A DNA stretch of 60,127 nt from a virus (Duplodnaviria > Caudoviricetes): positions 1 through 60,127 of IMG/VR virus record IMGVR_UViG_3300027589_000004. One strand, 5' to 3'. The notes beneath the pieces are model-generated. The model made no database searches. It was not told the origin of the DNA and saw only the letters and a program-made list of their open reading frames with translations. Positions 8,918-17,687 of this stretch are shown here, one piece after another (the first letter of the stretch is position 1; each line of letters starts with the position of its first letter). The translations under genes were made by a program, and so were the position numbers.

Positions 8918-9657
8918 CCACTGCTGGCACGGTATTGTCGGAAGATAGGTTGCGCGCTTACTTCAAATGTTCGCAGTATTATCACTATGGAGGGATACAA
9001 GAGACCCCCGTTTTGATGACTGTGATCAAAGCAACCATCGAGCTGATGATGGCAGAAGCGGTAGAGAAGGAGATTGATTCTCCCTCTACTAGCTTCTTGC
9101 CTTATCTTCAGAAGGCCATCGGTCGTTTGAATTTGCGCCGTCTGTATCTGGAAGGTGAGATCTTTGATCTAACCAATAAGGCGATCTTTGCTCTTACAGA
9201 GTTCTTTACCCTTGTCTCGCCTTCCAAGTACCTTCCTTTTACGGGCCCAACACTACATAGGGTTTTAATTAGTAAGACACCAATTGACTTAAGAATCTCT
9301 TCTACTATGGTTAGAAAAGGGACTCAAGAGTTGATTGGTATCTATTTCTCTCCATACGTTCTGACTCACCATACTCAGAACGATCCTATTCCTTACTTGC
9401 ACTTAAGGTTACTAGAAAAGTTTGGCACTGACCACTTCAAAAGAAATACAGCTTCGCTGTTTGTTTTCGGTGTAGATAAGAACGGTGGGCTGACTACTCA
9501 AGTGCTTGGTAATAAGGACTTCAAGGAGGACTCTTATGTTCTACTTCAAGGGGTTGTTAGAGCGATTGAAATGGGGATCCATTTCCCTCTTAATCCTTGT
9601 CAGCATTATTGTGAATTCAAGGAGAAATGTTTTCCTTACAAGAAGACGTGCCCTTAG
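8905..9657 (+). CDS. Degenerate PD-(D/E)XK / Cas4-like protein, probably catalytically inactive; start uncertain
   Basis: LSEDRLRAYFKCSQYY resembles the LSxSxxxxYxxCP start of the family, and the C-terminus has CQHYCEFKEKC. No D...(D/E)xK motif is visible. Confidence 0.55.
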   Translation: MANLATAGTVLSEDRLRAYFKCSQYYHYGGIQETPVLMTVIKATIELMMAEAVEKEIDSPSTSFLPYLQKAIGRLNLRRLYLEGEIFDLTNKAIFALTEFFTLVSPSKYLPFTGPTLHRVLISKTPIDLRISSTMVRKGTQELIGIYFSPYVLTHHTQNDPIPYLHLRLLEKFGTDHFKRNTASLFVFGVDKNGGLTTQVLGNKDFKEDSYVLLQGVVRAIEMGIHFPLNPCQHYCEFKEKCFPYKKTCP

Positions 9658-9665
9658 GAGAAAGA

Positions 9666-9905
9666 ATGGCCGCACTTAGCCACACTCTACTTAAAGAACT
9701 TGCTATCTATTATCATTGCAAAGACAATGCCTCGACTATTGAGATGATTGATTACCTCAAGGACTTCCACGCCTCTCTGGATCCGGCCAATAAGGTTTGG
9801 CTCCAGCTAAGATGGAACAAGCTAACTGAAACAGAGCGGAGAATCTTTGAATCTCCTGAGAACTATTTTAATGTGATTTGTGAATGGTACAGATCATCTA
9901 GCTAG
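9666..9905 (+). CDS. Hypothetical protein
   Basis: AGGAG RBS before ATG 9666. Confidence 0.65.
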   Translation: MAALSHTLLKELAIYYHCKDNASTIEMIDYLKDFHASLDPANKVWLQLRWNKLTETERRIFESPENYFNVICEWYRSSS

Positions 9906-9913
9906 GAGCTTAT

Positions 9914-10219
9914 ATGCCCGAAGTATTTGGTACTAAGTTCATTATCACGAACACTGCTCGCCAGGTGCTTAACCCGAAGATTTTCGGCGGTGGCCCTTGG
10001 ACGCATCTAGCTACGGTGGTTCGTGGCTTTAGGACCTACATGGCATTCACTAAAGTGAATGACCCTACTAAGACTTATATTGAGATTGTTGACGAGCACT
10101 CACCTGGAGTATTCATTCGTATTGAAGATGACGAAGAATGGCGCGACGTCTATATGTTCATGAAGACCGCAGGCCTCTTCTCTATGGAGAACTTTCATTA
10201 TGTCAAAAGTAAAACGTAA
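9914..10219 (+). CDS. Hypothetical protein
   Basis: AGGAG RBS, in operon. Confidence 0.7.
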   Translation: MPEVFGTKFIITNTARQVLNPKIFGGGPWTHLATVVRGFRTYMAFTKVNDPTKTYIEIVDEHSPGVFIRIEDDEEWRDVYMFMKTAGLFSMENFHYVKSKT

Positions 10220-10637
10220 TGATCTTCACTCCATCAAAACACAGCTCACCAATCAGTCTGTTTTCCATGACAGAGTAAGGGAGCTGCTTTTATCTTCGCC
10301 CATCCTGAAGGACCTCAAAATCTTTCAGGAGGTTAACCCTAGGTATCTCGATGACACTTACGAATTTACTGGTCATCATTACGATTTCTATATTGAAAGT
10401 CTTGATGTGATTATTGAATGCCACGGCGATCAGCATTACAAGTTTACTAACCGCGGCAACATCCAATATGAAGAGGCCCAGCTTCAATGGAAGCTCTCAC
10501 AAAAGAGAGACAGCACCAAGAAGTCTTTTGCTCTTTCCAAGGGCCTCAGGTACATCGAGATTCCATATTCAGAGAAAGACAAGTTAACTGTCGATAAGCT
10601 ACACGAGCTTATCTTTGGAGACAAGAATGAGAAGTAA
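10200..10637 (+). CDS. DUF559/Vsr-like endonuclease
   Basis: YDFYI...IIECHGDQHY...QKRDSTKK...GLRYIEIPY pattern. Confidence 0.75.
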   Translation: MSKVKRNDLHSIKTQLTNQSVFHDRVRELLLSSPILKDLKIFQEVNPRYLDDTYEFTGHHYDFYIESLDVIIECHGDQHYKFTNRGNIQYEEAQLQWKLSQKRDSTKKSFALSKGLRYIEIPYSEKDKLTVDKLHELIFGDKNEK

Positions 10638-11352
10638 GCTACATACTCCCGATTGTGAAGAGCCCGAAGAGATTGAGGGCGATCTAGAGGATGCAGATGG
10701 TATTCCCGGTATCTCTATTGGGAGTCTCTTGGGTGGCGATGGCGGTTGGCATCCAAGCCAGTTTGTTGGTCTTGGTCCCGAGTCTCGCTCCATCTTCCTT
10801 CTCGGAGAGATCGAAGAGAAGATGGCCGGCGCAATCATTACTCAAATTCAAGAGCTGACCAGCGTAGACCCCAAGGGAGAGATTGTAGTTTACATTCACT
10901 CTCCTGGTGGCTGTGTCGTTTCGACTCTTGCTATCTATGACGCCCTTCGTCACTCTCCTTGTCCCGTGATTACTGTGGCGGTTGGCCAGGCTTCTTCCGG
11001 TGCCTGTATCCTTACTCTGGCGGGTGACTTTCGTATTGCCTTCCCGAATGCCGAGTTCTTCTGGCACGAGGCTATCACTATGGTAGCTATCGATTCTCAT
11101 GAAGACTTTGCGAAGCATCTTGCTCATTACAAGAGCATCATGAAGAAGATCAAGCGTATTGTCCTTGATCGTACGGGCATGTCTAAGAAGCAGTACAAGA
11201 GGTATTTGGCTGGTAACACCAACTTTACTTTTAGTTCTCGCAAGGCCCTTAAGATGAACTGGATTGACCGTGTCGAATCCTATGCTGACAAGCCTCGTTT
11301 CAAGACTCTCGAAGCTTTAGAAGCTCATCTGAATGCTAATGAGGAAGAGTAA
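10627..11352 (+). CDS. clpP: ClpP-like (peptidase S14) protease
   Basis: SIFLLGEI, YIHSPGGCV, AIYD, GQASSG (Ser), NAEFFWHE (His) and C-terminal ALKMNWID. Confidence 0.85.
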   Translation: MRSKLHTPDCEEPEEIEGDLEDADGIPGISIGSLLGGDGGWHPSQFVGLGPESRSIFLLGEIEEKMAGAIITQIQELTSVDPKGEIVVYIHSPGGCVVSTLAIYDALRHSPCPVITVAVGQASSGACILTLAGDFRIAFPNAEFFWHEAITMVAIDSHEDFAKHLAHYKSIMKKIKRIVLDRTGMSKKQYKRYLAGNTNFTFSSRKALKMNWIDRVESYADKPRFKTLEALEAHLNANEEE

Positions 11353-11739
11353 ATGCCAGGAGGGGCTGGTGTCCGCCGGAAGGGACACAATTTTGAGCGG
11401 GCTATTGCTAACCTACTATCTGAAGTTCTTGGGTTTGAGTTCCGAAGAGGCCTACACCAGACTCGATCAGGTGGCTCGGAGACTTCAGATGTCGTCTCTC
11501 CTGAGGTCCCGCGACTCCACATAGAGTGCAAAAAGGGCAAGCGCACCAACATCAAGGGTGCGCTTGCCCAAGCGCACGAGGACATTAAAGCTTCTAAGGA
11601 AGACAGGGTCCCTATTGTCATTACTCAAGATGATCGAGATGACGTATTAGTTACAATGCGTATGCAAGATTGGATTGAGTTGGCTAAGAAAATGGCCGTT
11701 GAAGATTGGATGGCGCTTTCTTACAAGGAAAAGAAGTGA
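11353..11739 (+). CDS. Holliday junction resolvase (Hjc-type PD-(D/E)XK)
   Basis: RRKGHNFERAIA...SDV...HIECKK. Confidence 0.8.
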   Translation: MPGGAGVRRKGHNFERAIANLLSEVLGFEFRRGLHQTRSGGSETSDVVSPEVPRLHIECKKGKRTNIKGALAQAHEDIKASKEDRVPIVITQDDRDDVLVTMRMQDWIELAKKMAVEDWMALSYKEKK

Positions 11740-11987
11740 TGGAAAACGAACAGAAGTTTTGGAATGGGGTCTCATTGCATTTGGGAGAAATCGAAGGTAA
11801 GACTTATGATGTCGGCGTAAGGGGGCTTGGCACTGGCAGGCTCACTTTTACTCTTTTGGAAGTGGTATCTGCAGTAACTCAAGAGTATGCGTCCAGGCTA
11901 AGCGAAGTTGGTTCGATTCTTGAAGTGGCCCGTATTCCTGGTTCCGAGGCTCACGAGCTTATTGTTACTCCAATCGATGACGACTAA
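11739..11987 (+). CDS. Hypothetical protein
   Basis: TGATG coupling to the previous gene. Confidence 0.6.
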   Translation: MENEQKFWNGVSLHLGEIEGKTYDVGVRGLGTGRLTFTLLEVVSAVTQEYASRLSEVGSILEVARIPGSEAHELIVTPIDDD

Positions 11988-12002
11988 GCTTGAGATTTTG
12001 CA

Positions 12003-12245
12003 ATGTCTTCAAATGAGATTAAGCTACTCACTTCTTTAGGCAATCTTCTTCTTGTTGCGGATCTTCAAAGAGATCAGTCTGAAAAGGCCCTTGAGAAGTA
12101 CGGCGCTGCTTTTGAGGTACCATTAGAGATGGAGGACTATTTGTTAGAGCAAAAGGAAGTATCCTATTATTTGGGTTACTACGATGGTCTCGACTATGCA
12201 AAACAGCTTGTAGAAGAACTCATTAAAAGTACGCAAAGCAAGTGA
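12003..12245 (+). CDS. Hypothetical protein
   Basis: ORF in co-directional array. Confidence 0.6.
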   Translation: MSSNEIKLLTSLGNLLLVADLQRDQSEKALEKYGAAFEVPLEMEDYLLEQKEVSYYLGYYDGLDYAKQLVEELIKSTQSK

Positions 12246-12258
12246 GGAACCTCATCTC

Positions 12259-12549
12259 ATGTCCATGAACGTCCATCTATCGGCAACGTCTGTCGATCAA
12301 CACAAGTGTGAGCACTGTGGTAGGTCTGACGAGATAAAATACGAGCACTTCGGTTGTTGGCAAACGCCTACTGTGGACACTGACAAGATTTTAGAGCACC
12401 ACACTTTTCAAGCCAAAGTAGATGCTTATGCTAAGTGGGTTACTTCTCGCAACCCTACAGCTGCTTCAAGTCATCTTAAACACCTTGATGAGTTCATTGA
12501 GGCCCATAGTGATAAGACGAAGTGGGATATGCATTGGTACAAGCTCTAA
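12259..12549 (+). CDS. Hypothetical protein with a CxxC motif
   Basis: GAGGA RBS; CEHC. Confidence 0.65.
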   Translation: MSMNVHLSATSVDQHKCEHCGRSDEIKYEHFGCWQTPTVDTDKILEHHTFQAKVDAYAKWVTSRNPTAASSHLKHLDEFIEAHSDKTKWDMHWYKL

Positions 12550-12561
12550 TCAGGAGGCTCT

Positions 12562-12765
12562 ATGGATGGTCGGTCTGACTTGATATATCTACCTTGCAGT
12601 TTTTGCAAGGCCACAGGCAAAGATCCCAAGAACCGCAAAAGAAAGTGCTCTCGTTGCTTGGGCTCTACGCAAATGCCCTGGTGTCCTAAATGCAAAGAGC
12701 CTGCTCCTTGTACTGGGCAATTAAGAGCTAGCCTTATGGACTTTAACCATTGTGATGGACCATAG
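12562..12765 (+). CDS. Small Cys-rich zinc-finger protein (DnaJ-type CxxCxxxG repeats)
   Basis: AGGAGG RBS; CSFCKATG, CSRCLGS, CPKC. Confidence 0.65.
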   Translation: MDGRSDLIYLPCSFCKATGKDPKNRKRKCSRCLGSTQMPWCPKCKEPAPCTGQLRASLMDFNHCDGP

Positions 12766-12795
12766 CATAGACTTTAACCTATTGATGCGATAGCG
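12739..12795 (+). repeat. Imperfect direct repeat (GACTTTAACC core, 31-nt spacing) upstream of the sigma-like gene
   Basis: GACTTTAACCattgtGATGgaccATAGC at 12739 and GACTTTAACCtattGATGcgATAGC at 12770. Confidence 0.55.
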
Positions 12796-12813
12796 TTCTC
12801 AATCGGAGACCTT

Positions 12814-13449
12814 ATGCTCGTCAGAAGAAAGATCATTTACACTCGACATCCTTTTGACGAGGAGCTTTGGGTGCCCTTAAAGGAAGAGTGGCGGCTCATC
12901 TATTTAGAACGTAATAGAGACTTAACTTATATTCTGTCTCTTTGCATTCCTTACCTTCGGTCTTGGCTTCGCCGGCTTGTTTCGATTGACCACGATGAGC
13001 TTTCGCTTTCGTTGCTGTCGTACTTCAAGAATCCCGAGAAGACCCTTCGTGGGATTAGGCGGCTTGTTCGTGCTGGTGAACTAGAGATCGCAGATCTGCA
13101 ATACTTGATGATCGAAGTACTTCGTTCGTCCAAGAAGATCTACTCTAGGCTCTCCCCACGACAAGCCGCCTTTTTTCTTCACAGGTTCTTTTTGTTTCGG
13201 CTTAAGGATTACATCCGCAACAGAATACATCCTCAGCCCGCTGAGAATCAAATAAGGGACGCTCTGTACTCTTCACCATACGCAGAGCCACAGGACCCTT
13301 CACTATTTCCCATATCGCCCCTGATCGAACTGTACGTGGATAGAACAGAGGAGGAGTTGGCAAAACTTCTGACCACTTACGAAGTGGACGTTGGAAGACG
13401 CAAAAAACAACTCCTTCTTAAGTTACGTACAAAGATAAAAGGGCTTTAA
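12814..13449 (+). CDS. Putative divergent sigma-70-family factor
   Basis: FLHRFFLFRLKDYIR resembles sigma region 2.3-2.4. C-terminal RTEEELAKLLTTYEVDVGRRKKQLLLKLR resembles the region 4.2 HTH. Length fits a group 3/4 sigma. Confidence 0.5.
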   Translation: MLVRRKIIYTRHPFDEELWVPLKEEWRLIYLERNRDLTYILSLCIPYLRSWLRRLVSIDHDELSLSLLSYFKNPEKTLRGIRRLVRAGELEIADLQYLMIEVLRSSKKIYSRLSPRQAAFFLHRFFLFRLKDYIRNRIHPQPAENQIRDALYSSPYAEPQDPSLFPISPLIELYVDRTEEELAKLLTTYEVDVGRRKKQLLLKLRTKIKGL

Positions 13450-13516
13450 CTATTTCGACAGAAAGACTACATTGTTAGAGGCAAGCGCTGGTCGCTTCCC
13501 GAAGGAGCTATTCGTA

Positions 13517-14035
13517 ATGTCCGAAGTTACTAAAACTGAAGCTATTCTGAATCGTAATGCCCGTAACCAGGAGGCGATCGTTCTGGCTACGATTCCTCAG
13601 AATTTCAAGCCGCGTAGGTACGAGATTCCTGGTGGATTGAATCTCCGTAAGAATCTCAATACTCATGAGAAGCTAACGGATGCATTCCATAACTGGCTAA
13701 GAGTTGAAGAGGTCTTTACCAAGTTCACCTTCTCTTTTACTGCTAGTACGGACTATTCCAAGCTCACCAAGGAACGTGCTGAGGTTCTGCCTAAGGGCAA
13801 TGATGGGCTGCCGATCTGGCAGTCTCATCCAGATCGTCGCATGTATCTTGCTCTCGTCCTTTCAAAGGTCGTAGCAAAGTACAAGAACCTGGTTGCGCTT
13901 GAGGTGACACCCGAAGGCGTGGACGTCTATCTAGATCCCACATCGACCTTCAACGAGCAGTCGGAGGACTGGGCTCCAAGCTACACTGTCGTGCCTAACA
14001 AGGCATCGAAGGGTCAGTACGCTATCAGGGCCTGA
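13517..14035 (+). CDS. Hypothetical protein
   Basis: AAGGAG RBS before ATG 13517; followed by a strong terminator. Confidence 0.75.
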   Translation: MSEVTKTEAILNRNARNQEAIVLATIPQNFKPRRYEIPGGLNLRKNLNTHEKLTDAFHNWLRVEEVFTKFTFSFTASTDYSKLTKERAEVLPKGNDGLPIWQSHPDRRMYLALVLSKVVAKYKNLVALEVTPEGVDVYLDPTSTFNEQSEDWAPSYTVVPNKASKGQYAIRA

Positions 14036-14046
14036 GCACTCAATCT

Positions 14047-14085
14047 AGGGGGCAGAGAAGTATTTTACTTCTCTGCCCCCTTTTT
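14047..14085 (+). terminator. Rho-independent terminator
   Basis: Perfect stem AGGGGGCAGAGAAGTA / TACTTCTCTGCCCCCT followed by a T-tract. Confidence 0.9.
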
Positions 14086-14109
14086 ATTTGCCCTTAAGGA
14101 GTACAACGA

Positions 14110-14376
14110 ATGCTTTTGCAACTAAACGATAAAGGTAAGAAGCGAGTTTGTTATTTGCCTGCGATCACTGCAGAGTCACAAAACTTTCTAAAGAAGCATT
14201 GCGCGGGCCAAGATATGCAACAGATCAAAGTCAAAGAACTTCTCCCTACTGATCTTTAGTTTTGGTTTGATGCCGACAACAAGAGGTACACTACTTTGGC
14301 GATCGAGCAAGACGCTCTGCTTTGCCGTAAGAACTCACCCCCTTTCTTTTTAGCGGTCAAAACCTGTACCGCTTAG
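14110..14376 (+). pseudogene. Short gene with one in-frame TAG (14257-14259): 49-aa product, or an interrupted 88-codon gene
   Basis: AAGGAG RBS, ATG 14110. The frame stays open for 38 codons after the TAG, up to TAG 14374-14376 next to the following gene. Confidence 0.45.
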
Positions 14377-14384
14377 GAAACTCC

Positions 14385-14876
14385 TTGGACGTTGCCAGTC
14401 TCCTCGACAAATCTGTTCCCCTTCTCCGCAAGCATTTGGAGAAGAAGATCGAAGATCTCGAGATCACTTTGAAGTCTGTTGGAATCTCGTCTATTGATGA
14501 CGTCTTTAAAAGTGACACTAATTTCCATGGGCTCAAAGACTTTGTAGATACAATGTCCGATTCTCTGTCAGACGCTCACGAGACCATTGATCTTTTGAAG
14601 AAGGTTTCGGAGGAGAAGCTTCCTGCTGCCGAAGCCCGTATCGCCGAGCTAGAAAAGGGGCTCAAGATGGCCACTAAGGCAAACGAGACTTTGGCTACGT
14701 CTCTCAAGACCCTTTCTAAAGAGGTCGAGAGAATTGGTAAGCTTGCCAACACTTCTACTCCTGCAGCTACACCGGCCCCTGCGCCTAGTTCTTCTGCTCT
14801 TGAAGAGCGTTTGAACAAGATTGAGACCTGGGTTGCCTCTGTTGCATATCAGCTTGGGATTCCGTTTAAGAAATGA
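14385..14876 (+). CDS. Coiled-coil hypothetical protein
   Basis: Heptad-rich sequence with a Pro/Ala linker; TTG start after AGGA. Confidence 0.7.
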   Translation: MDVASLLDKSVPLLRKHLEKKIEDLEITLKSVGISSIDDVFKSDTNFHGLKDFVDTMSDSLSDAHETIDLLKKVSEEKLPAAEARIAELEKGLKMATKANETLATSLKTLSKEVERIGKLANTSTPAATPAPAPSSSALEERLNKIETWVASVAYQLGIPFKK

Positions 14877-15406
14877 CAATTCGAGTTTTTGTGCTTCCCA
14901 TTCTTTTGTGGAAGCATCCTAAAGACGAGAAGCCTAGACCTATTGCTATTGTCAATCGCGGAACCCTTTATAAGTCTTCCCTTGCCACTGAATACGAAGG
15001 TAAGCTCAAGCTTTTTGGTGGGCTTGTGGAAAAGGGGGAAAGCGTTACCGCTGCACTTCAAAGAGAAGTCAACGAAGAGCTTCCTAATCTCACTCCTTAC
15101 ATTGATGACTTTTTGCTATGCCAGAAACAGTCTTACGGTGATCCAAACAAAGCTTTTGCTGGAAGTTTCTTTGAGACCTTCAATATTTTGGGATCTCCTA
15201 ACCCTCTCCAGGTTAGGATTCTTCATTTGCTTGTTAATGATTACGTTCACACTACAGAAGACTTGTATGATCTAATTGCCGGTTGCGCAGAAGGCAACGC
15301 TGAGTTCTATGACATTCTTAATCGTCCATTCAATTCTGAAGACTGGGTCCCGTTTCTCTCGGTACTCCATTCCAAGTTTTTCTCCTACCGTTTGGAGCAC
15401 TCGTGA
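14873..15406 (+). CDS. Nudix hydrolase
   Basis: Nudix box GGLVEKGESVTAALQREVNEEL. Confidence 0.8.
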   Translation: MTIRVFVLPILLWKHPKDEKPRPIAIVNRGTLYKSSLATEYEGKLKLFGGLVEKGESVTAALQREVNEELPNLTPYIDDFLLCQKQSYGDPNKAFAGSFFETFNILGSPNPLQVRILHLLVNDYVHTTEDLYDLIAGCAEGNAEFYDILNRPFNSEDWVPFLSVLHSKFFSYRLEHS

Positions 15407-16125
15407 AACACCTTCCTTTCCTTCTGGCCCTTACCCTCATCACTGCCTGTGACAACAGCGAGACCTACCAGGTTCCTCCTGTCCAGACCATCAACGAGAT
15501 GGCCAGTAACAACCTCAAGACCTTGTACCCTGGTGGATTCCATGGTCCTATTTGCGTTAACAACGAGCGTAACCCGACTCACTTCGGCTGTAGTTATACC
15601 TACGGTGGGGACACTGATCCCAAGTTCGGATTCCTGGATTGCACCGCTCAGGGTTGTGTTCAGAGCACGCCTACTATGAGCGTCCCTGTGGATCACACGA
15701 TGGCCCGTAGGGATAGCGGCATCGATGCTGAAGACATCCTCCTCTTCTACGCGCTCACGTCGGTTGGGACCAACACTGGTCCCAACTATCACTACTGGCA
15801 TGCGAACACTCCTCCGGCGTATCGCGCCCACTATTACCACTCGTCTGTTTTGCCTTCTACGGGCAACTATAATCAGAAGCACATCACTACTTACTCTAGT
15901 GGTGAATATAAGAACCGCCCCGCTCGCCCGAGCGCTTCTACTTACAAGACTAACCGCAGCTACTCTGTCCCTGCCTCGAAGCCAAGCAGCTACACCACTT
16001 CTCCTAAGCCGAGCTCTTGGAGCAGCCCCAAGCCCAGCTCAAGTCGCCCTAGCTCTGCGTCTCGTCCCAGTAGCTCTCGTTCGAGTTCCAGTCGCAGTAC
16101 TGGCATCGGCCGGGGTCGTCGCTAA
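15403..16125 (+). CDS. Lipoprotein with a Ser/Arg/Pro-rich disordered tail
   Basis: Signal MKHLPFLLALTLITA-C (lipobox). The tail has repeated SPKPSS/SRPSS and ends GRGRR. Confidence 0.75.
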   Translation: MKHLPFLLALTLITACDNSETYQVPPVQTINEMASNNLKTLYPGGFHGPICVNNERNPTHFGCSYTYGGDTDPKFGFLDCTAQGCVQSTPTMSVPVDHTMARRDSGIDAEDILLFYALTSVGTNTGPNYHYWHANTPPAYRAHYYHSSVLPSTGNYNQKHITTYSSGEYKNRPARPSASTYKTNRSYSVPASKPSSYTTSPKPSSWSSPKPSSSRPSSASRPSSSRSSSSRSTGIGRGRR

Positions 16126-16496
16126 TGACGACTCTGTTTGGCATTCTCTTCGCTGCTGTCGTACTCCTTCTTGGCCTCTACATCCATGCCCTTAGAAAGA
16201 CGATCGCTTCCTTGAAGGAAGCTGGAAAGAAGGCCGTCGAGGAAGAGAGGGCATTCCACGAGAAGTATTGGGATCGTCTTCGTGGCATTCCTGTTGCTGG
16301 AACTCGTTTCAAGCTTGAAGGTGTCGGTGACATCATTGTTATCGGTCACAACTTCGATGAGAATTACATTGAATATTGCTTAGCTGAGGACTTTGATACT
16401 CGAGACCCTGATAGGGAGTTCGGAGACGTCGATATCATCACTAACGATCTTGACAACTTCACTGCTCGTGCTGAGCACGCCTTGGCTTTGATGTGA
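16125..16496 (+). CDS. Membrane protein with an N-terminal anchor
   Basis: Hydrophobic N-terminus LFGILFAAVVLLLGLYI; TAATG coupling. Confidence 0.7.
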   Translation: MTTLFGILFAAVVLLLGLYIHALRKTIASLKEAGKKAVEEERAFHEKYWDRLRGIPVAGTRFKLEGVGDIIVIGHNFDENYIEYCLAEDFDTRDPDREFGDVDIITNDLDNFTARAEHALALM

Positions 16497-17026
16497 GCCC
16501 TAAAATCCCTAAAGCTCCCATCACTATTCTAAACGAGATCCAAACTGGAAAGGATATTTGCGCCATTACCATGGACAGAGTTCATCCGTGGCAATTTGCC
16601 ATTTTTGAACGTCCTGATTATAACTTCCTATTCCCGTTTAGGTTACTCGTTGCTGGGAAAAAGGAAGCTTGGCAAGCTTACGAAGCTATTCGCTTTTCCA
16701 TTAGCTCACGACTAAATAGCCTCAATCGTGAGATACATTACAATTCGAGTTTTCATCTTGCCAAAGCTCGTTTAGAAAGCAATCTTCGATCTCCGATTAA
16801 GAATGTATGCTGGAAAGACTTTCCACCTACTTTGAGAACTAATCTTTACGGTGTTGAGACTTCGTCAGTTCTAAGCGGAGATCAAGGAGGTTTCCTTTTT
16901 CTAAGGGTTGAGCGCACACAAAGTTCTTTTTACTACACTTCGGGTAGAGAGATCGGTTTGTTTACTCTTGAAGAAATTCTTCAAGCTTGGCCCGTGGAAG
17001 AGGGATACTTAGAGAAGATCGGATAA
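16493..17026 (+). CDS. Hypothetical protein
   Basis: GTGA overlap with the previous gene. Confidence 0.6.
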   Translation: MSPKIPKAPITILNEIQTGKDICAITMDRVHPWQFAIFERPDYNFLFPFRLLVAGKKEAWQAYEAIRFSISSRLNSLNREIHYNSSFHLAKARLESNLRSPIKNVCWKDFPPTLRTNLYGVETSSVLSGDQGGFLFLRVERTQSSFYYTSGREIGLFTLEEILQAWPVEEGYLEKIG

Positions 17027-17065
17027 TTATAGCGCCAATTCTTTCTTACAAGCCCCGGAGGACAC

Positions 17066-17638
17066 ATGCTCCCACTCACTTTCGAGCGACTTGAGACATC
17101 GCTAAGAAATACAGATACATCTAATATGGAATATTACCAAATTCACGTTTGTCTGCGTATCTGCGAAGTCAGCAAAGACTTAATCAACCAAAACAATAAC
17201 AAGTCGTATGTTTTTAGTGGCGCCTCAGACAATGGATTTGCCAATGCTCTTGCAGCTTACGAGACTCTTAAGAACGAATTCGCTTCCATCATTCCAATCT
17301 TGACGAGTAGACTACCTTTCGAACAGATCGGAGATTTAGAGATCAGCAAGAACTGTGAACGAATTCAAGCCCTTATCACTCAATATACAGACGTCAAGCT
17401 TAAAGAAACCTGGCCTGACAGCCCTTTTTCTCAGTCCGCTGTTCTACGCCGATTCGAAGTTTCTTTTAAACCTCGGTACAAATATTGTTATGTCGATTAC
17501 GATTGCAAAGTGCAACGTTCAGCCGATGGAGAACTGCGTACCAACCCCCGTATCGAAGAAGATGCAAGGTTTACGGATCATGGATCTTCTTGGTTGTCCA
17601 TCGCAACAGTTAGTCTGCTAAAGCGTAGCAAAATTTGA
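17066..17638 (+). CDS. Hypothetical protein
   Basis: GGAGG RBS. Confidence 0.7.
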   Translation: MLPLTFERLETSLRNTDTSNMEYYQIHVCLRICEVSKDLINQNNNKSYVFSGASDNGFANALAAYETLKNEFASIIPILTSRLPFEQIGDLEISKNCERIQALITQYTDVKLKETWPDSPFSQSAVLRRFEVSFKPRYKYCYVDYDCKVQRSADGELRTNPRIEEDARFTDHGSSWLSIATVSLLKRSKI

Positions 17639-17659
17639 TTTACGGCTAAGTATGAGAAT

Positions 17660-17687
17660 AGAAGAGGGGGCTTTGCCCCCTCTTTTT
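17660..17687. terminator. Bidirectional rho-independent terminator at the convergence of the two blocks
   Basis: AGAAGAGGGGGC-TTT-GCCCCCTCTTTTT between convergent ORFs. Confidence 0.85.

Noticed and set aside
15960-16110. Short repeats (CCCAGC/AGCTC units) as a possible DNA repeat element
   Set aside because: Explained by the low-complexity SPKPSS/SRPSS protein tail.
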